Source: Takakia lepidozioides
Taxonomy: Eukaryota; Plantae; Bryophyta
NCBI GenBank assembly: GCA_030704615.1
Contig: CM060731.1
Coordinates: forward strand, 56,296,001-56,360,000
DNA length: 64,000 nucleotides
Direction: 5' to 3'
A program made the position numbers and the translations under genes. Below the pieces are notes generated by a model that saw nothing but the letters and a program-made list of their open reading frames with translations, ran no database searches and was not told the origin of the DNA. Positions 63,946 to 64,000 of the stretch are shown one piece after another. Each line of letters opens with the position of its first letter. Within the stretch, counting starts at the first letter, position 1.

Positions 63946-64000
63946 ATAAATTCCTTTCTGAAGCCCTGGCTACCACAGAATACTAGAACCTTGCAATGCC

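Overview
Repeat-rich nuclear DNA of a non-seed land plant (bryophyte/lycophyte/fern-like; inferred from spliceosomal introns, a PLS-PPR expansion and a cytochrome b5-fused fatty acid hydroxylase). The one ordinary host gene is an 8-exon cytochrome b5-fused sphingolipid fatty acid 2-hydroxylase (16601-21333, +) with a single in-frame TAG. Top candidate system: a complete but decayed 11.9-kb Mutator-like element (27695-39617; 21-bp imperfect TIRs; 8-bp TSD ACTGAAAC/ACTAAAAC). It carries a GCM/WRKY-MULE DDE-SWIM transposase (+) and, head-to-head, an intron-containing gene (-) fusing a ParB/Srx-like domain to a beta-class amino (6mA/4mC) DNA methyltransferase. A GGCGCC-centred palindrome forms a 146-bp-period array in one intron of that gene and recurs in its first exon, near the right end, and in a second partial copy at 1.2-2.0 kb. 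Second candidate: a locally multiplied, decayed gene family fusing OSB-type PDF motifs (organellar ssDNA-binding module) to PLS-class PPR arrays (best copy 59655-63267). Also present: a RAG1/Transib-like transposase pseudogene, a Dualen-like (RNase H + RLE) LINE split in two by a probable 16.5-kb inversion, a dUTPase-bearing Ty3/gypsy remnant, CACTA elements (one with divergent TnpA/TnpD), hAT and Tourist MITEs, and tRNA-derived SINEs. All domain calls are motif recognition by eye; no database searches were run.
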